Shown in pieces: positions 24,268 to 35,531 of a DNA stretch of 41,471 nucleotides (position 1 is the first letter of the stretch; each line of letters begins with the position of its first letter). The DNA comes from Perkinsus chesapeaki ATCC PRA-425. Its lineage: Eukaryota; Protista; Perkinsozoa. The translations under genes were made by a program, and so were the position numbers. The DNA is taken from positions 1-41,471 of the forward strand of contig JAAPAO010000301.1 in the NCBI GenBank assembly GCA_013115145.1. The letters are read 5' to 3'. Under the pieces are notes generated by a model. The model did not search any database. It worked only from the letters and a program-made list of their open reading frames with translations, and had not been told where the DNA came from.

Positions 24268-24455
24268 TACATACATCATGATAATGCCGTTCCACTTGGT
24301 TCCCTTGGTTTTGCGTTTAACTGTGCTCTCGTCCACACGGGTCGAGCCCACCGTGAGTGCTAGCGGGCGTGTCATTTACGTGAATGCTGCTATTGAGAAC
24401 TTATGATCGTTGTGGATTTTCGGAACCTTCTTTTCGTTGGTAGTAATCTTCTAGT

Positions 24456-26387
24456 ATGGCGCGCGGAGAGGCCCCAGGGAATTCCGGGCCTGTCCGAGGA
24501 CTCACCTATTACGAGAACCCCCGCAAGCAGGGTGCTTCGACTACAATTATGATACCAGGTTTCATGGCTAAGGTGGATAAAGCAGTGCCGTTGGTAAGGA
24601 AGCCGCCAGCTAACAGAGTACGAGGATGCTTTGGTAGGTGAACAAGGGGGATATCATCCAAGCCTTTGAAGCGCTGCCGACGAATGCCAAGCAGGAGCTC
24701 CTAACCATAGTCGATGCTGACCTTGTGTCGCGAATGAACGAGATTGACGTGGTAAGACTCTCTATCGTCATGTTGTCATTTAGAGTGACCGCACATTTGA
24801 TCAGAGAGCAAAGCGACAGGACGTGGCGTTGTTGCATCAGCAGCACCCACGTTCCAAGGCGAAGAGGCTAGTTACAGCGTTTTATGGCTTCAACAGCACC
24901 AAGCTCATGCAGGATATTTTGGACTCTTCCGGTGCACAAGGTAAGCTTTTCTGGACGTCAAGCTTTATACTTGGGCTGATTTAGCCCTTATGCACGATCG
25001 AAGTGTTAAACCTGATGTGCTGCAGCCTAAGTACCACACAGTGCTGAATGGCACCTTGCTACCGGTAAGGACATGCAACTCATAGGGGACTTGCGCAATA
25101 CATGGCTATTGGTTCAGTTCATCCAAGACCGATGTTCGGACTTTTTGGCGAATACTAAAAGAATGCGCTCCAGAATGGTGCGGCGGAAAGAGGTGAGAAC
25201 ACATCCCTGCCACTATGGCTCATGGGCTCTTTTGCTGCTGCTGCTGTTCTTGAGGCACCGTTTTTGTATTTTGTTACTCGCTGGGTCTCGTTGCATTGCA
25301 GGCCATATAACTTCATCATATTATTGTCACTTCTCAGTTGTGGTATCGCCTCGCAGATTTCGCTATGGAAGAGTCGAGGCATGTTGTATTGGATGGCCTT
25401 GTTGCTCAGGCAGTTGAGTGTGTAAGGCGGCCAATGAAGCTTCCCCGTTCGGTTTTTCTCACGCAGGGTATATCTTCTATTATCTTTCAGAGGATTTTGA
25501 ACGAGTATTACAAAGACAAGTTTGCGTCAATTCGGAAGAAGTACGCTCCGGAAGCACCACCAGAAGAACTCGGCACGCCCAGTGGTGATGAGAAGCAGCT
25601 GGGGAGCGGAGAAAAACCTTCCAAAAAGCGTCCTAGTCCCTCTAAGGCTAAGCAGGCCACCACTAAACGACAACCTCCTCATCTTAATAGGCCAGGTAGC
25701 CTGGCTACTCGAAAGGAACCTACATTCCCTCGAATGGTACCAGCTGCGGGTCAACGTCTTCGAAGCGGATCGTCATCGTCTTCCTCTAGTAGCAGCTCCT
25801 CCTCGGCCAGCAGTTCATCGTCATCCTCCTCCGTTGCTTCCTTCTTGTTCAACGTCGTGATGACATCTGAGGGCACTTCTTCCGATACGTCCTCTATGTC
25901 GTCGGATTTTTCCGATACAGTGTCCTCCTTCGAGCCTAAGGCCGGCAGAGCACCGCGTCTACCCATTTTGCGTGAACCCGTACTTCCTCCCATGACCGGC
26001 CCAGCACCAGAAGCTGCTCCTGATGAAGAGTGGCATGTCGTTGGCAAGAACAAAGCTAAGAAGGGCCCTCAAGTATCTAGTCTGATGTCTCCGAGAAGGG
26101 TAGCACGTCGCAAGGCAGCAGCAGCAGCGAGAGCAGCAGTAGCAGAAGCAGGAGCAGCTGAAAAAGCGGCCGCGAAAACGGCCAATAACTCTGTGGGTGA
26201 TGCGCTGGCAGCTGATAACGCAAAGCCAGTGCACTCGGAGGAGGCTGCAGACCTGAGTCACACCGAGTCGAGCTTCCGTGATGCGAGGCTGCAGGTCAAG
26301 AGAACTTTCATTCATATCGACGAGGAACCGACTGATGAGTGCCTTCAATACCACCCTGGCGAGCTCTCAAAAGAGGCGCCGTTCTGA
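24456..26387 (+). CDS. Hypothetical multi-exon protein with poly-Ser tract and C-terminal VKRTFIH motif
   Basis: ATG right after ctag. Several short introns lead into the 349-aa terminal ORF 25338-26387. Confidence 0.6.
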
Positions 26388-27101
26388 TAGGCTCTGCTGA
26401 AACGGATTATTGTGTTATATACTTGTATCTGTAGCTACTGGACGTGCTGTTCTATAAATCTGTGATCCTTTATTTCTCCAGGAAAGTTCGTGATAGCCTT
26501 TTCCGCTTATATACTGCCGTTTAACACTTTCAAATGTATCAATTCTCCGATGGAGTCTCAGCCGTCGATGGTTCAGAAGGTGTGCTATCTTGTTAAAATT
26601 GACTGTCTCCTGAATTGAGGTATCGACCTTATCGTGTGGTCAATTAACTCATATACATTCCAGGGAAGACTTCACGAAAACAAGCCACGTGATACATTGC
26701 CCGATTTTCTAGTGCGATTAATTAACTCAAGTAAGTACTTCAGTGCTTCACGAATATAAACCACCCGACATGGAGGTCTGTCTATGTGGGCACCCCGCGC
26801 TGGTGAGGGGCCCTCACTGAGGGTAGCTGTCGGATTGTAGCAACCCGGCGTCGCCAGCCAACAACGCCCGGCTCAGGTGAGCATGTCGTCAGCCAACAGC
26901 ACCCGATAGGTGGTTCAACCAACATTGGCACACTACACCCCGTATGCAAAGGTTGTGCAATTTTGCAGCACAGTTTACGCTAAGGAGTCGCACGCTAGGA
27001 ACTCATCTAATGCGAGCTTACAGAACTAACGTAATTAAATCTTTTTAGACTTGCTGATTGATTTTTTTGCAGGTTTTGATTTCTTCTTTGTGCACATCAT
27101 A

Positions 27102-27554
27102 ATGCTGCGTATCATCTCTTCTCTTTTCGTTATTGGCTCCGTCGCAGCTGATTGGAACTACTGCCAGGATATATGTGACGCGACCCCTGGATGCAAGAAC
27201 TATGGCTGGGGTTCCTACTGCAAGGGTAATGGTGTATGCTTTGGTCTTCTTGATATGGGAGATGGTGGTTATTGCTTTGAACCCACTGATGGTTTTGATG
27301 GTGGTTATTGCAGTGATACCGTCTACAATCCCGTCTCGTGTCCTGTCGTTGACAAGACCTGCGAAGATCTTTGCCGCGAGACTCCCAAGTGCAAGAATTC
27401 TAAGTGGGGTTCCTATTGCAAGAAGTATGTCGATCAACCCGGTCCTTACGTATGCTTTGGATTGTATCATTCTGATGGCCCTAAGCTTTGCTATGAACCG
27501 GTGGATGGTGACTGCGATAGCACTCCAGTCTATTGTCCATCTGAGATGGATTAA
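27102..27554 (+). CDS. Secreted Cys-rich two-domain protein, subtype A copy 1 (150 aa)
   Basis: Signal peptide MLRIISSLFVIGSVAA, then two 8-Cys domains each with WGSYCK...VCFGL. Intronless. Confidence 0.9.
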   Translation: MLRIISSLFVIGSVAADWNYCQDICDATPGCKNYGWGSYCKGNGVCFGLLDMGDGGYCFEPTDGFDGGYCSDTVYNPVSCPVVDKTCEDLCRETPKCKNSKWGSYCKKYVDQPGPYVCFGLYHSDGPKLCYEPVDGDCDSTPVYCPSEMD

Positions 27555-28157
27555 ATTGAAGATCGTTCTCTTAACTTACTAGGTCTACATTAGACTCGCA
27601 GTCCTTGTAGTCGCTAGCACTTCGTCCTGTAATTTCATTTTTAAGTAGTTCGGGATTATGATTTGATCTCTTTGAAGGGTTGTTGTGTTGTTAATCTCTC
27701 ACTTCTGTTAATGGACTGTATTGACCTCTGCGGTCCCAGTAGTATTACAGTCTGAGGGTGTTGTTTTGCATGGCTAGGAGATGATTTTGTTGTTGGTTCT
27801 CATAGAATTTTGATTTCTCGGAAGATAGTTATCAGAACGATCTTTGTTGTTCACAGTGGGCCATCGATATCAGTCTCATCGTGAGGGTCCCAATTCGTAC
27901 TGGTCTTAGGTCCCAAGACTTACTATAATCGGAGGAGTCTTTTATTGTTAATACAGCAGCTGTATTACAGCTGGCCGATCTCTAACATTCAATAGGATCT
28001 GTTAGTCATGTCACTGCTGGTCCGCGTAGCTGTACAAATTGTTAGATATTTAAAATATTGTTGCTACTTGTCTCACACCGTTCTTAATTCTTCCTTCTAT
28101 AGTCGAATGTATGTGACTGTATTTGTTATTAGTTCGTAGTGCTACGCTCTATCACTC

Positions 28158-29164
28158 ATGGCATCCAGTCGAATCTGCACGCAAGACGATCCCATTTGGG
28201 ACATCATTCGAGCGAAATGCCTCGGATCCAGGAAAAGCCAAGGTGCAGCAATGCCTCAACTTATAACATATATAAGCTGCCTGTTGAGGATCGGTTGTGC
28301 CTCAGAGCAGCAGGGCATCCCCAACACACGAAGTCTATCCCAACACAGGTCGGAGGACCATAAGACCCTCCTTGACGAGAACTGCGTTACTCGCGAGTAC
28401 TCGCCGAGGTCGGACAGTGAGATAACAATGCTAACGAAAAGTGAGCTGTTCACAGCGTATCGCGAGCCTTCACAGGGAGCACCGCTTCCCAGGCATCAGC
28501 GCTCACTGTCATCATTTCAGCATGGGCGACTAAAGTGCACCCAAGAGCTCACGACTTCTTCCAGAGCCACGAGAGAATGATCGAAGTAGCTTAGGTGCAG
28601 CGTTGTTCGATTAAGGCTACTGGTCAGGTTCTACGATCTATTGCCTTGAGAATTCACAGAGAAGATGATCCAATACTTGGGTATATGCGCCAGGTTTAAG
28701 TGCGCTAGTGTATAGTGCAATTCATCTCAGGAGCGATAAATGCGTTAAATGGCATGGTGATTCGGCACAGGACGAGAGAGACGCGAGAGTCAGGCACGCT
28801 CAGATGCGGGTACGGACTATCTCAGCATTTTGGTTGCTCATGTTGGTGTTGATACGGGGAGTCACTGACGGTTGACTAATATTAGATGTTCACGCCTTTC
28901 AGCTCATCAAGCCTAACGAAACAGAACCGAGCGACGCCTTCGTTAGCCGTGTATTGGTCTTCTTCTTCGCCACGAATGAGTCTTTTGAACTTTTAATGCA
29001 ACTACCTAAACAACCGTTTCGGTAAGGCCGTCGCCCCCGCTGTACGTGGGGCTGACCACCAGCGGTGTAAGCTAGTGGGCCGTTTACCCCTTGACTGTCT
29101 TAGGATGCTTTGCGGGGACCAGTTATGCATCAACCTCCATCATATTGCTGGAGAGATTGACTAG
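28158..29164 (+). CDS. Multi-exon protein with a degenerate HNH/His-Cys-box-like C-terminal domain
   Basis: Spliced VLRSIALRIHREDDPILG^SDKCVKWHG...QMR^LIKPNETEPSDAFVSRVLVFFFATNESFELLMQLPKQPF^RMLCGDQLCINLHHIAGEID*. Introns 28681-28730, 28810-28902 and 29022-29103 keep the frame. N-terminal exons uncertain. Confidence 0.7.
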
Positions 29165-29440
29165 TACGCTCGTTCAGTGCTCCATGACACTGCTGATGTA
29201 TAACTTCCGGACATCCAACTTCCGTGTTAACGAAAAACGAGCGTGTCCCCGCTGCACTATGTATGTGATGTGCACAGGTCCAATTTCGATTTCTTAGCGT
29301 ACGTTCTTGGAGCCAGTGCTCTGAATGCTTCGACCTCTCACGAACATATCGAACAACTCCTCCAGGCCTTCTAACTGCGTCGGCTACAAATCTGCCCAGC
29401 ACGGTAGTTACATTGCAGGAAAGCCGCAAGACATCACATC

Positions 29441-29486
29441 ACACAAGATGTGCATGCAGTGAACGCACGCGTTGTGTCGCGAATCT
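29441..29486 (+). promoter_or_regulatory. 46-bp conserved upstream element with TGCATGCA, copy 1
   Basis: Ungapped 36/46 match to 35359-35404. TGCATGCA starts 166 bp before the ATG at 29617. Confidence 0.55.
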
Positions 29487-29616
29487 TTTGAATGCGTGGA
29501 GGTGCTGCACTTAACTTACTCTTGCGAGACATTGAATGGGAGTTGTAAATTCTAGCAACATTCCTACTCTGACATGAGCTCTACACCATAGGTTCGTTTA
29601 CATTTTTTACTTTTAA

Positions 29617-30069
29617 ATGATGCGCCTTATCTCGTTCTTCTTCGTTATTGGTTGCGTCACAGCTGAGTGGAACTACTGCCAGGATATATGTGACGCGACC
29701 CCTGGATGCAAGAACTATGGCTGGGGGTCCTACTGCAAGGGTAATGGTGTATGCTTTGGTCTTCTTGATATGGGAGATGGTGGTTATTGCTTTGAACCCA
29801 CTGATGGTTATGATGGTGGTTATTGCAGTGATACCGTCTACAGTCCCGTCTCGTGTCCTGTTGTTGACAAGACCTGCGAAGATCTTTGCAGTGAGACTCC
29901 CAAATGCAAGAACTCCAAGTGGGGTTCCTATTGCAAGAAGTACGTCGATCAACCCGGTCCTTACGTATGCTTTGGATTGTATCATTCTGATGGCCCTAAG
30001 CTTTGCTATGAACCCGTAGATGGTGATTGTGATAGCTCTCCAGTCTATTGTCCATCTGAGATGGACTAG
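29617..30069 (+). CDS. Secreted Cys-rich two-domain protein, subtype A copy 2 (150 aa)
   Basis: Signal peptide and 16 Cys. Mature part differs from copy 1 at 5 residues. Confidence 0.92.
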   Translation: MMRLISFFFVIGCVTAEWNYCQDICDATPGCKNYGWGSYCKGNGVCFGLLDMGDGGYCFEPTDGYDGGYCSDTVYSPVSCPVVDKTCEDLCSETPKCKNSKWGSYCKKYVDQPGPYVCFGLYHSDGPKLCYEPVDGDCDSSPVYCPSEMD

Positions 30070-30229
30070 TACGTCGTATTGCAGCGTAACTTCTAATCGT
30101 AAGTAGTTTCTGAATGTATTTGGTTTTTGCTTCTTGATTATCATGTGTTGGTTTCTTTACTGTCTTGAGTTTTGTTGGGTGTTTTTCGGTCGTAGTGATG
30201 TTATTCGTCAGTTTATTTAAACGTTTTCG

Positions 30230-30685
30230 ATGCTTCATCAAATTCTCTCTATCGCTCTTGTTGGTTTGGTTTATTCGACTGATTGGAATTACTGCCAGGA
30301 ATTATGCGAACAAACTGAAGGTTGCCCGAACTACAAGTGGGGTTCCTATTGTAAGGGTAACGGTGTTTGCTTTGGTCTACTGCAACTAACCGAGGATCAG
30401 TACTGCTTCGAGCCTACTGATATGTACTACTCGTTTGACTGCAACGATCAGGTACTTGATCCGGTTCCTTGCCCTGTTGTTGACAAGACATGTTCCGATC
30501 TTTGTGATGAGACCCCCAAGTGCAAGAACTCTAAGTATGGTTCCTACTGTAAGAGCTATGTTAATCAGCCTGGTCCTTATGTATGCTTCGGCCTCTATCA
30601 CTCTGATGGCCCTCATCTTTGCTTTCAACCCGTCGATGGTGATTGTGATGGTACTCCCGTGTTATGCCCAAGTCAAGTTGACTGA
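30230..30685 (+). CDS. Secreted Cys-rich two-domain protein, subtype B copy 1 (151 aa)
   Basis: Signal peptide MLHQILSIALVGLVYS, 16 Cys, WGSYCK and YGSYCK motifs. Confidence 0.92.
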   Translation: MLHQILSIALVGLVYSTDWNYCQELCEQTEGCPNYKWGSYCKGNGVCFGLLQLTEDQYCFEPTDMYYSFDCNDQVLDPVPCPVVDKTCSDLCDETPKCKNSKYGSYCKSYVNQPGPYVCFGLYHSDGPHLCFQPVDGDCDGTPVLCPSQVD

Positions 30686-30779
30686 GTGGATAACCTTTTC
30701 GTTTTTACGTCTAATTGAAACTAATGTTTCTAAAAGTCTATCGCTCATGCGATTCTGATATTTAATAAGCCAGTATGGC
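30230..30779 (+). repeat. Direct duplication shared with 35532-36081 (CDS plus about 95 bp of 3' flank)
   Basis: Near-identical sequence continues past the stop to ...ATTTAATAAGCCAGT in both copies. Confidence 0.9.
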
Positions 30780-30932
30780 TGACACGTTTCTCACTAGAGT
30801 GAGATAATCTCGGTCAATCTCGTGAAGAGGAGATGCTTTACAATGCATTGTTGTGTTCTTAGTGTTAATAAAGATGCACTAAATGTGGTGCTTGTGTACT
30901 TAATTGATCAAGTAGACTTCTCTGTACTACAA

Positions 30933-33200
30933 ATGAAGCTTGGAAATAGAAGAAAGGGCCGTCCACCTCCTATTAATACTGATCTTTACTCTCCAGTCCA
31001 TTACGAGGTGTCAGATGAAGAACGGTGGGTTTAATTATCTTCAGCTATCATATAAAGTCTGGGAAGATTCAAAAACCGTAGAAACCGGTTGGCTCGCTTT
31101 TGAATTCAACCAGACCGGACCTTGCAATCATATAGAGTGTGTACCAGACCTGCTGAGATACTCATTCGGTGCTAGTTTTCTCAGAGTCGTTCAACTGCTT
31201 GATCGTAAAGTTTCGCTTTAGCCAGCGCTTGCGTCTCAACCAATGAGATCATTAGTGTCGAAACGGCTATCTGACTTGGAATGTCAACAAATTCCGGGTG
31301 GTTTGTAATGAGTAGTGCACGGCCCTTCGACTGAGTTGTCGGAGTTTTATCGGCCGGCCGTGATTAATTAGTCCAAACCCAACAATATCTCAGCGAGCTT
31401 GGCAACAGTTGTGGCAACCATGAATTAGACGGTATCCTGAAGGTCGTGACAATACCTCAACTTTGGAAAATTCGCGCCCAGTCAATATTCAGGGCCTGAA
31501 TTTCAGGCTAGTGCGAGCATCATTGGAGCGCCTGGTCGATGAAAACGCAGAAGTGCGTTGCCGAGTGTACGATATGATCGATGCTTACGAAGATGCTTTT
31601 ATGTGCTGCGAAAGGAGGGCTGCGCTCATCTTGCGCACTGCTTCCTCGCGCGAGAGGACAGCGAAACAACGGGTGAGCTCGTATAGGCGAGCCCTTGTAG
31701 ATATCCCGCTCCATACTTTTTTGGGGGTTCTAGGGCAACAGCGGAAGGCAGAATCCGAGGCCGCCTCGGAGGGCTTTACCTAAGGAAACATCAAGACCTA
31801 CCACTCGTCCAGAAAATGGCACCAAGCTGAACGAAGTGGAAGGGAAACGCAGAGAGGTCGAAGCGCTAAAAGAGGAGGTCAGTTTACGACCCAAGCCCCC
31901 TCTTTCTCGACATCTTGTCGTCGGGGTCTTCCGAAACCTACCAGTGCATACTATGACCTGAATTTCACTCCCTGAATCTCTCCCAGCTAGCACAGTGCTC
32001 TTCCCAAGGCACATATGAGTTAGTACCGGGTGGATGATGACGAATGGGGACTTGGACCGAATGGAGGTGGCAGCTATCGCCAATTCCAGGCACAATCCCT
32101 CGAGTTACAGGCCAGACGACAACGGCGGGCGCTGGAACAGATCGGCATTTTTGAGAGAAAGATGACAAAACGGAATGACCATTTAAAGGAATACGTAAAG
32201 AAACAACGAAGAGAGTGAGATCTATAACCGATTCATCGCTCGCGAGGACACGGCTTGAGGAGCTTCCTCTCGGTCAAACGGTGCGTCAGATACCGACGCG
32301 CCCAAGCTGCGTGGATGGCTAATCTTGATCGATTGCAGAAACTCAAAGATGCTGTTGACTACTCAGAAAGAGAGTAGTTATCTGGGATATATGGGATTTA
32401 GCAGATAGCGAAGTAACTTGAGATTACTTGATGACAGACACGAGAACTCCTCCAACGAGAGGAGCGAGAGGAGAGCACTCGGTAACGATGTCGAGGAGCT
32501 GCAGGCTTATAGAGAAGATCTGGCTGCTAAACGAAGTGCGATGGAATCCAGGGAAAGGATTAACACCAAACGGGCCGCAGAGATGTTAGCTGTAAACCTT
32601 GGCCCGTTGTTTCCGACTCCCTCCCTGGTACATTACTTTCTGGGCTATCGAGGCCGACTTGACTACCCCGTCTCAATACACTTCAACCTAGGGTTATATC
32701 TTAAAAGATGCGGCTTGCACAGCTAGCTGAAAAGCCTGATTCCGAGGCAGTGTCTTCTAATTCAGACTCTACAAAGCAGAGTGAGTGATCTTACCTGTAC
32801 ATTGAAAGATGCAGAGAGATCAGCTAGAGTTGCGAAGTCGAGGCTGCGTGAGATGAAAAGGATTCGCCGCTCTGCCGAGAAGGACACATCGGTTGTTTTG
32901 GATGCTCATGGAGTTCTAGGTCAGCCCGGACTCGCCAGCGGAAATAGCGAACTTACCGATCAGGTCTGGCTCTAGCAGGGTGAGGCCTGGGCGGAGCTGA
33001 CATCACAGAGAGACTGCTTGTCCCGTCTATCATGCCATTGGATCCTGCCGCGTCCATTCTGTTGTCCAAAGAAACGAAGTGTTCCCTGTTACTAATGGAG
33101 TTGCCGGGCAGGATTCACCAGGAATCGAACATGTACGCCTTCTCAATATCAAATTCGATAAACAGAAGATAAAGTTAAACGAACAAAACCTATTTTTGGT
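30933..33200 (+). CDS. Hypothetical multi-exon coiled-coil protein; boundaries uncertain
   Basis: Charged helical exon ORFs (31463, 32030, 32418, 32781) bounded by GT/AG sites. Confidence 0.45.
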
Positions 33201-33516
33201 GGAACAAAACTTGTAAGTAACAGAAGGAAAGCATAGATTCGAGGAATGAAACGTTGAGTTCGTAGCTATTCCCAGAATAGAAATCGAAAATCGTAGAATG
33301 AAAGTCAGAAATGGAAAATAGAAGGATGAATTCGTCTGGCAAAAGAGTGTGTTAATATGTTAACAAAACACATGCCATATTTAAACCAACAGAACCCTAC
33401 TTTCGAAGGTATGAGAATTATCGTTCTGCAACCGGTAGATCGTAAGACGCACTTATGGATTTGGTTAAAGTGCAATGAGTGCAATGAAGGAACTACTCTG
33501 GGTGTGACGTGACGCG

Positions 33517-33887
33517 CAAGGTGTCTCGAAAAAATGTGCCCTTTCGAATAACTTTTTCAGGAGGGCAAATATCGTATTTTGGCGACCCGTGTGGCATTCG
33601 AATACTCTTAGGAGTTACTTCACTAGCAGTCATGATGATACTAGATGGGTTTGGTCAGAAATCCTAATTTAGAAGTTCCGAAAGATCGGTTATACTGGAA
33701 GAGGTCATAGTAAAATTGGTGACATGCTGCTCTGAGGTGGCGGTTCAGGCTCGAGTAAAGTAGCTTTCCACCCGTTTCTTGTGTTTCAAAGTCGCCGGCG
33801 CTGCCAGAACTGACGCCGCGCGTGTCGCTAAAATATTCGCCTTTCTGAAAAAGTTACTCAGAAAACAGTTTCTTTCGTGACGCCTTG
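33517..33887. repeat. Imperfect inverted repeat: arms 33517-33595 and 33815-33887, 219-bp spacer
   Basis: Left arm CAAGGTGTCTCGAAA...TAACTTTTTCAGGAGGGCA...TATTTTGGCGACCCGTGTGGC aligns with the reverse complement of the right arm CAAGGCGTCACGAAA...TAACTTTTTCAGAAAGGCGA-ATATTTTAGCGACACGCGCGGC. Confidence 0.75.
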
Positions 33888-34226
33888 TAGAATGTGACAT
33901 CAAAGATTGGGATGGGACGCGCTCCAGCGACAAGGCCGGGAATGATGCCCGGCACATCAAGTGTGCGCTGCGCCTTTAGACTTTGACTGGAGCAGAGCAT
34001 TGGATTGAGCTCCAGCCGAGACCAGAACGGCTGCCGCTGATAACGATTCAATACAGCTTTATGATAGAGGGCGAACGCCGAACTGGGGTACGCCTGTGCA
34101 TAGCTACTCGCCAGCGGGCGCCTCTTACTGCGTGACGGCAGCTCTTCGTCTGACAAAGTTCGTCATCCTCATTGCGCCTTCCCACTAGACTCCTCCCTGG
34201 TCTCAACATCATCCTAGTGCACAGAA

Positions 34227-34604
34227 ATGCGTCGTTTATCCTTTATGATATTGGCTACTGCTGCGTACGTAGAAGCTGGCGAGTGTAGCTTGTTTGATCT
34301 GGAGAGGATGAGAACACAAAAGTTTGCCGATTTCTACTACTATTGCCGAATCCAAGCTGCTCACATGCCAAATAAGGTTCCTGGCATTTTGAAGGATAAT
34401 TGTGGCCTCTCTGCTGCCTGTGCTGTATGTTTCGGTCCGTATTACATTTGCCAGTTGACGTCATGCTACTTGCTGTGTAAAAATCCAACCACTACACAGT
34501 GCGGGGATTGTTTGGCAGAAAACTGTGATCCCGCTTTCCTAAAACGGACTGGACTCAAGAAGGCTCTTCCATTACCTACCAAGGAATCCTCCAAATGCTC
34601 CTAG
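34227..34604 (+). CDS. Small secreted Cys-rich protein (125 aa, 12 Cys), unrelated to the WGSYCK family
   Basis: Signal-peptide-like MRRLSFMILATAAYVEA, then GLSAACAVCF...C...C...C...CGDC...NC. Intronless. Confidence 0.75.
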   Translation: MRRLSFMILATAAYVEAGECSLFDLERMRTQKFADFYYYCRIQAAHMPNKVPGILKDNCGLSAACAVCFGPYYICQLTSCYLLCKNPTTTQCGDCLAENCDPAFLKRTGLKKALPLPTKESSKCS

Positions 34605-35358
34605 AACAATTCTCACACCCTCTAGCTAGAAGTTGACCCTACCTTCAGCTTGCTTAAACGAGTCACTTCCCTCTCAGAGGCCGTCACTGCTGTGCCACTA
34701 GCTACTTACTACAGTACCAACATGTTATCGTGGAGAAGAGTACCTCAGACATGCTCGGGCTTTATGCTGCACAATCAAATGCCGCATTCTGCTTGACCCT
34801 AATTTTGCCGAGGAAAATAGTGTTGACTGCTCAGATGGCATGTAATCACCTTGTCATCTAATGCTTTAGCCCGGACTCCTCTTTAAGTCATCGAGTTTAG
34901 TCCCATCTCTTTTGGATTTCATGGAGATATTCGCTTGCTCTGAGTTGTTAATTCAACTGGGATGCGTTGTACAGGAGATGTTGCTAAAGCCGCGTTACGT
35001 CTTGCGCACTCTGGCTTGCCTGTGCAGAGTGTGCCACGGTATTTCATGAGTATTCCTATCGTGGTGGATTATGAAACTGACCCCGTCGCACCTAGATGAA
35101 TCCACTCGCGGAAGAATCTAATCTACGATATCATGTACTAGTCATTCAATGCCATTGTCCTCGAAGATGGAAACTGCCGGTATTCTGGTGGCGTTTCGAC
35201 TTGGAATAAGTTGGAAATCATGATCCAACTCCACATCACTGGATGGAACTATTCCAATTTTCACATTCCTCGCGAGCGGAACGCCGGCAATTTCGATTTG
35301 GCATCATATCAAGCGCTGTACTACGAAGACCTACTGCTGCTCGAGTTGACTGTTCTGC

Positions 35359-35404
35359 ACACAACGTTTGCATGCAGAGCACGCATGTGTTGCGTTACGA
35401 ATCT
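35359..35404 (+). promoter_or_regulatory. 46-bp conserved upstream element with TGCATGCA, copy 2
   Basis: Ungapped match to 29441-29486. TGCATGCA starts 163 bp before the ATG at 35532. Confidence 0.55.
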
Positions 35405-35531
35405 ATGGGCTGTATTGCTCTGTTGACTATTTCCTGATTATCCTTTTCAGGAGGCTCAACGTTCACTTTGGTCCAGTTGAATACATCTCATTCTTCCATA
35501 TCCTCAGTTATTCGATATTTAAACATTTTCA

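Noticed and set aside
25760-25835. TCN-rich repeat as a regulatory microsatellite
   Set aside because: It is an in-frame poly-Ser tract of the coding exon.
26775-26940. SRP RNA, 5S rRNA or RNase P/MRP gene
   Set aside because: Diagnostic conserved motifs were not found; kept only as an unexplained structured island.
27045-30144. Minus-strand ORFs 27045-27470 and 29581-30144, and alternate-frame plus ORFs over the Cys-rich genes
   Set aside because: Antisense or frame shadows of the real genes; they recur only because the genes are duplicated.
33745-34156. Minus-strand ORFs 33854-34156 and 33745-33960 as a gene or transposase
   Set aside because: No recognisable domain, no ATG start for the longer one, and they overlap the inverted-repeat arm.
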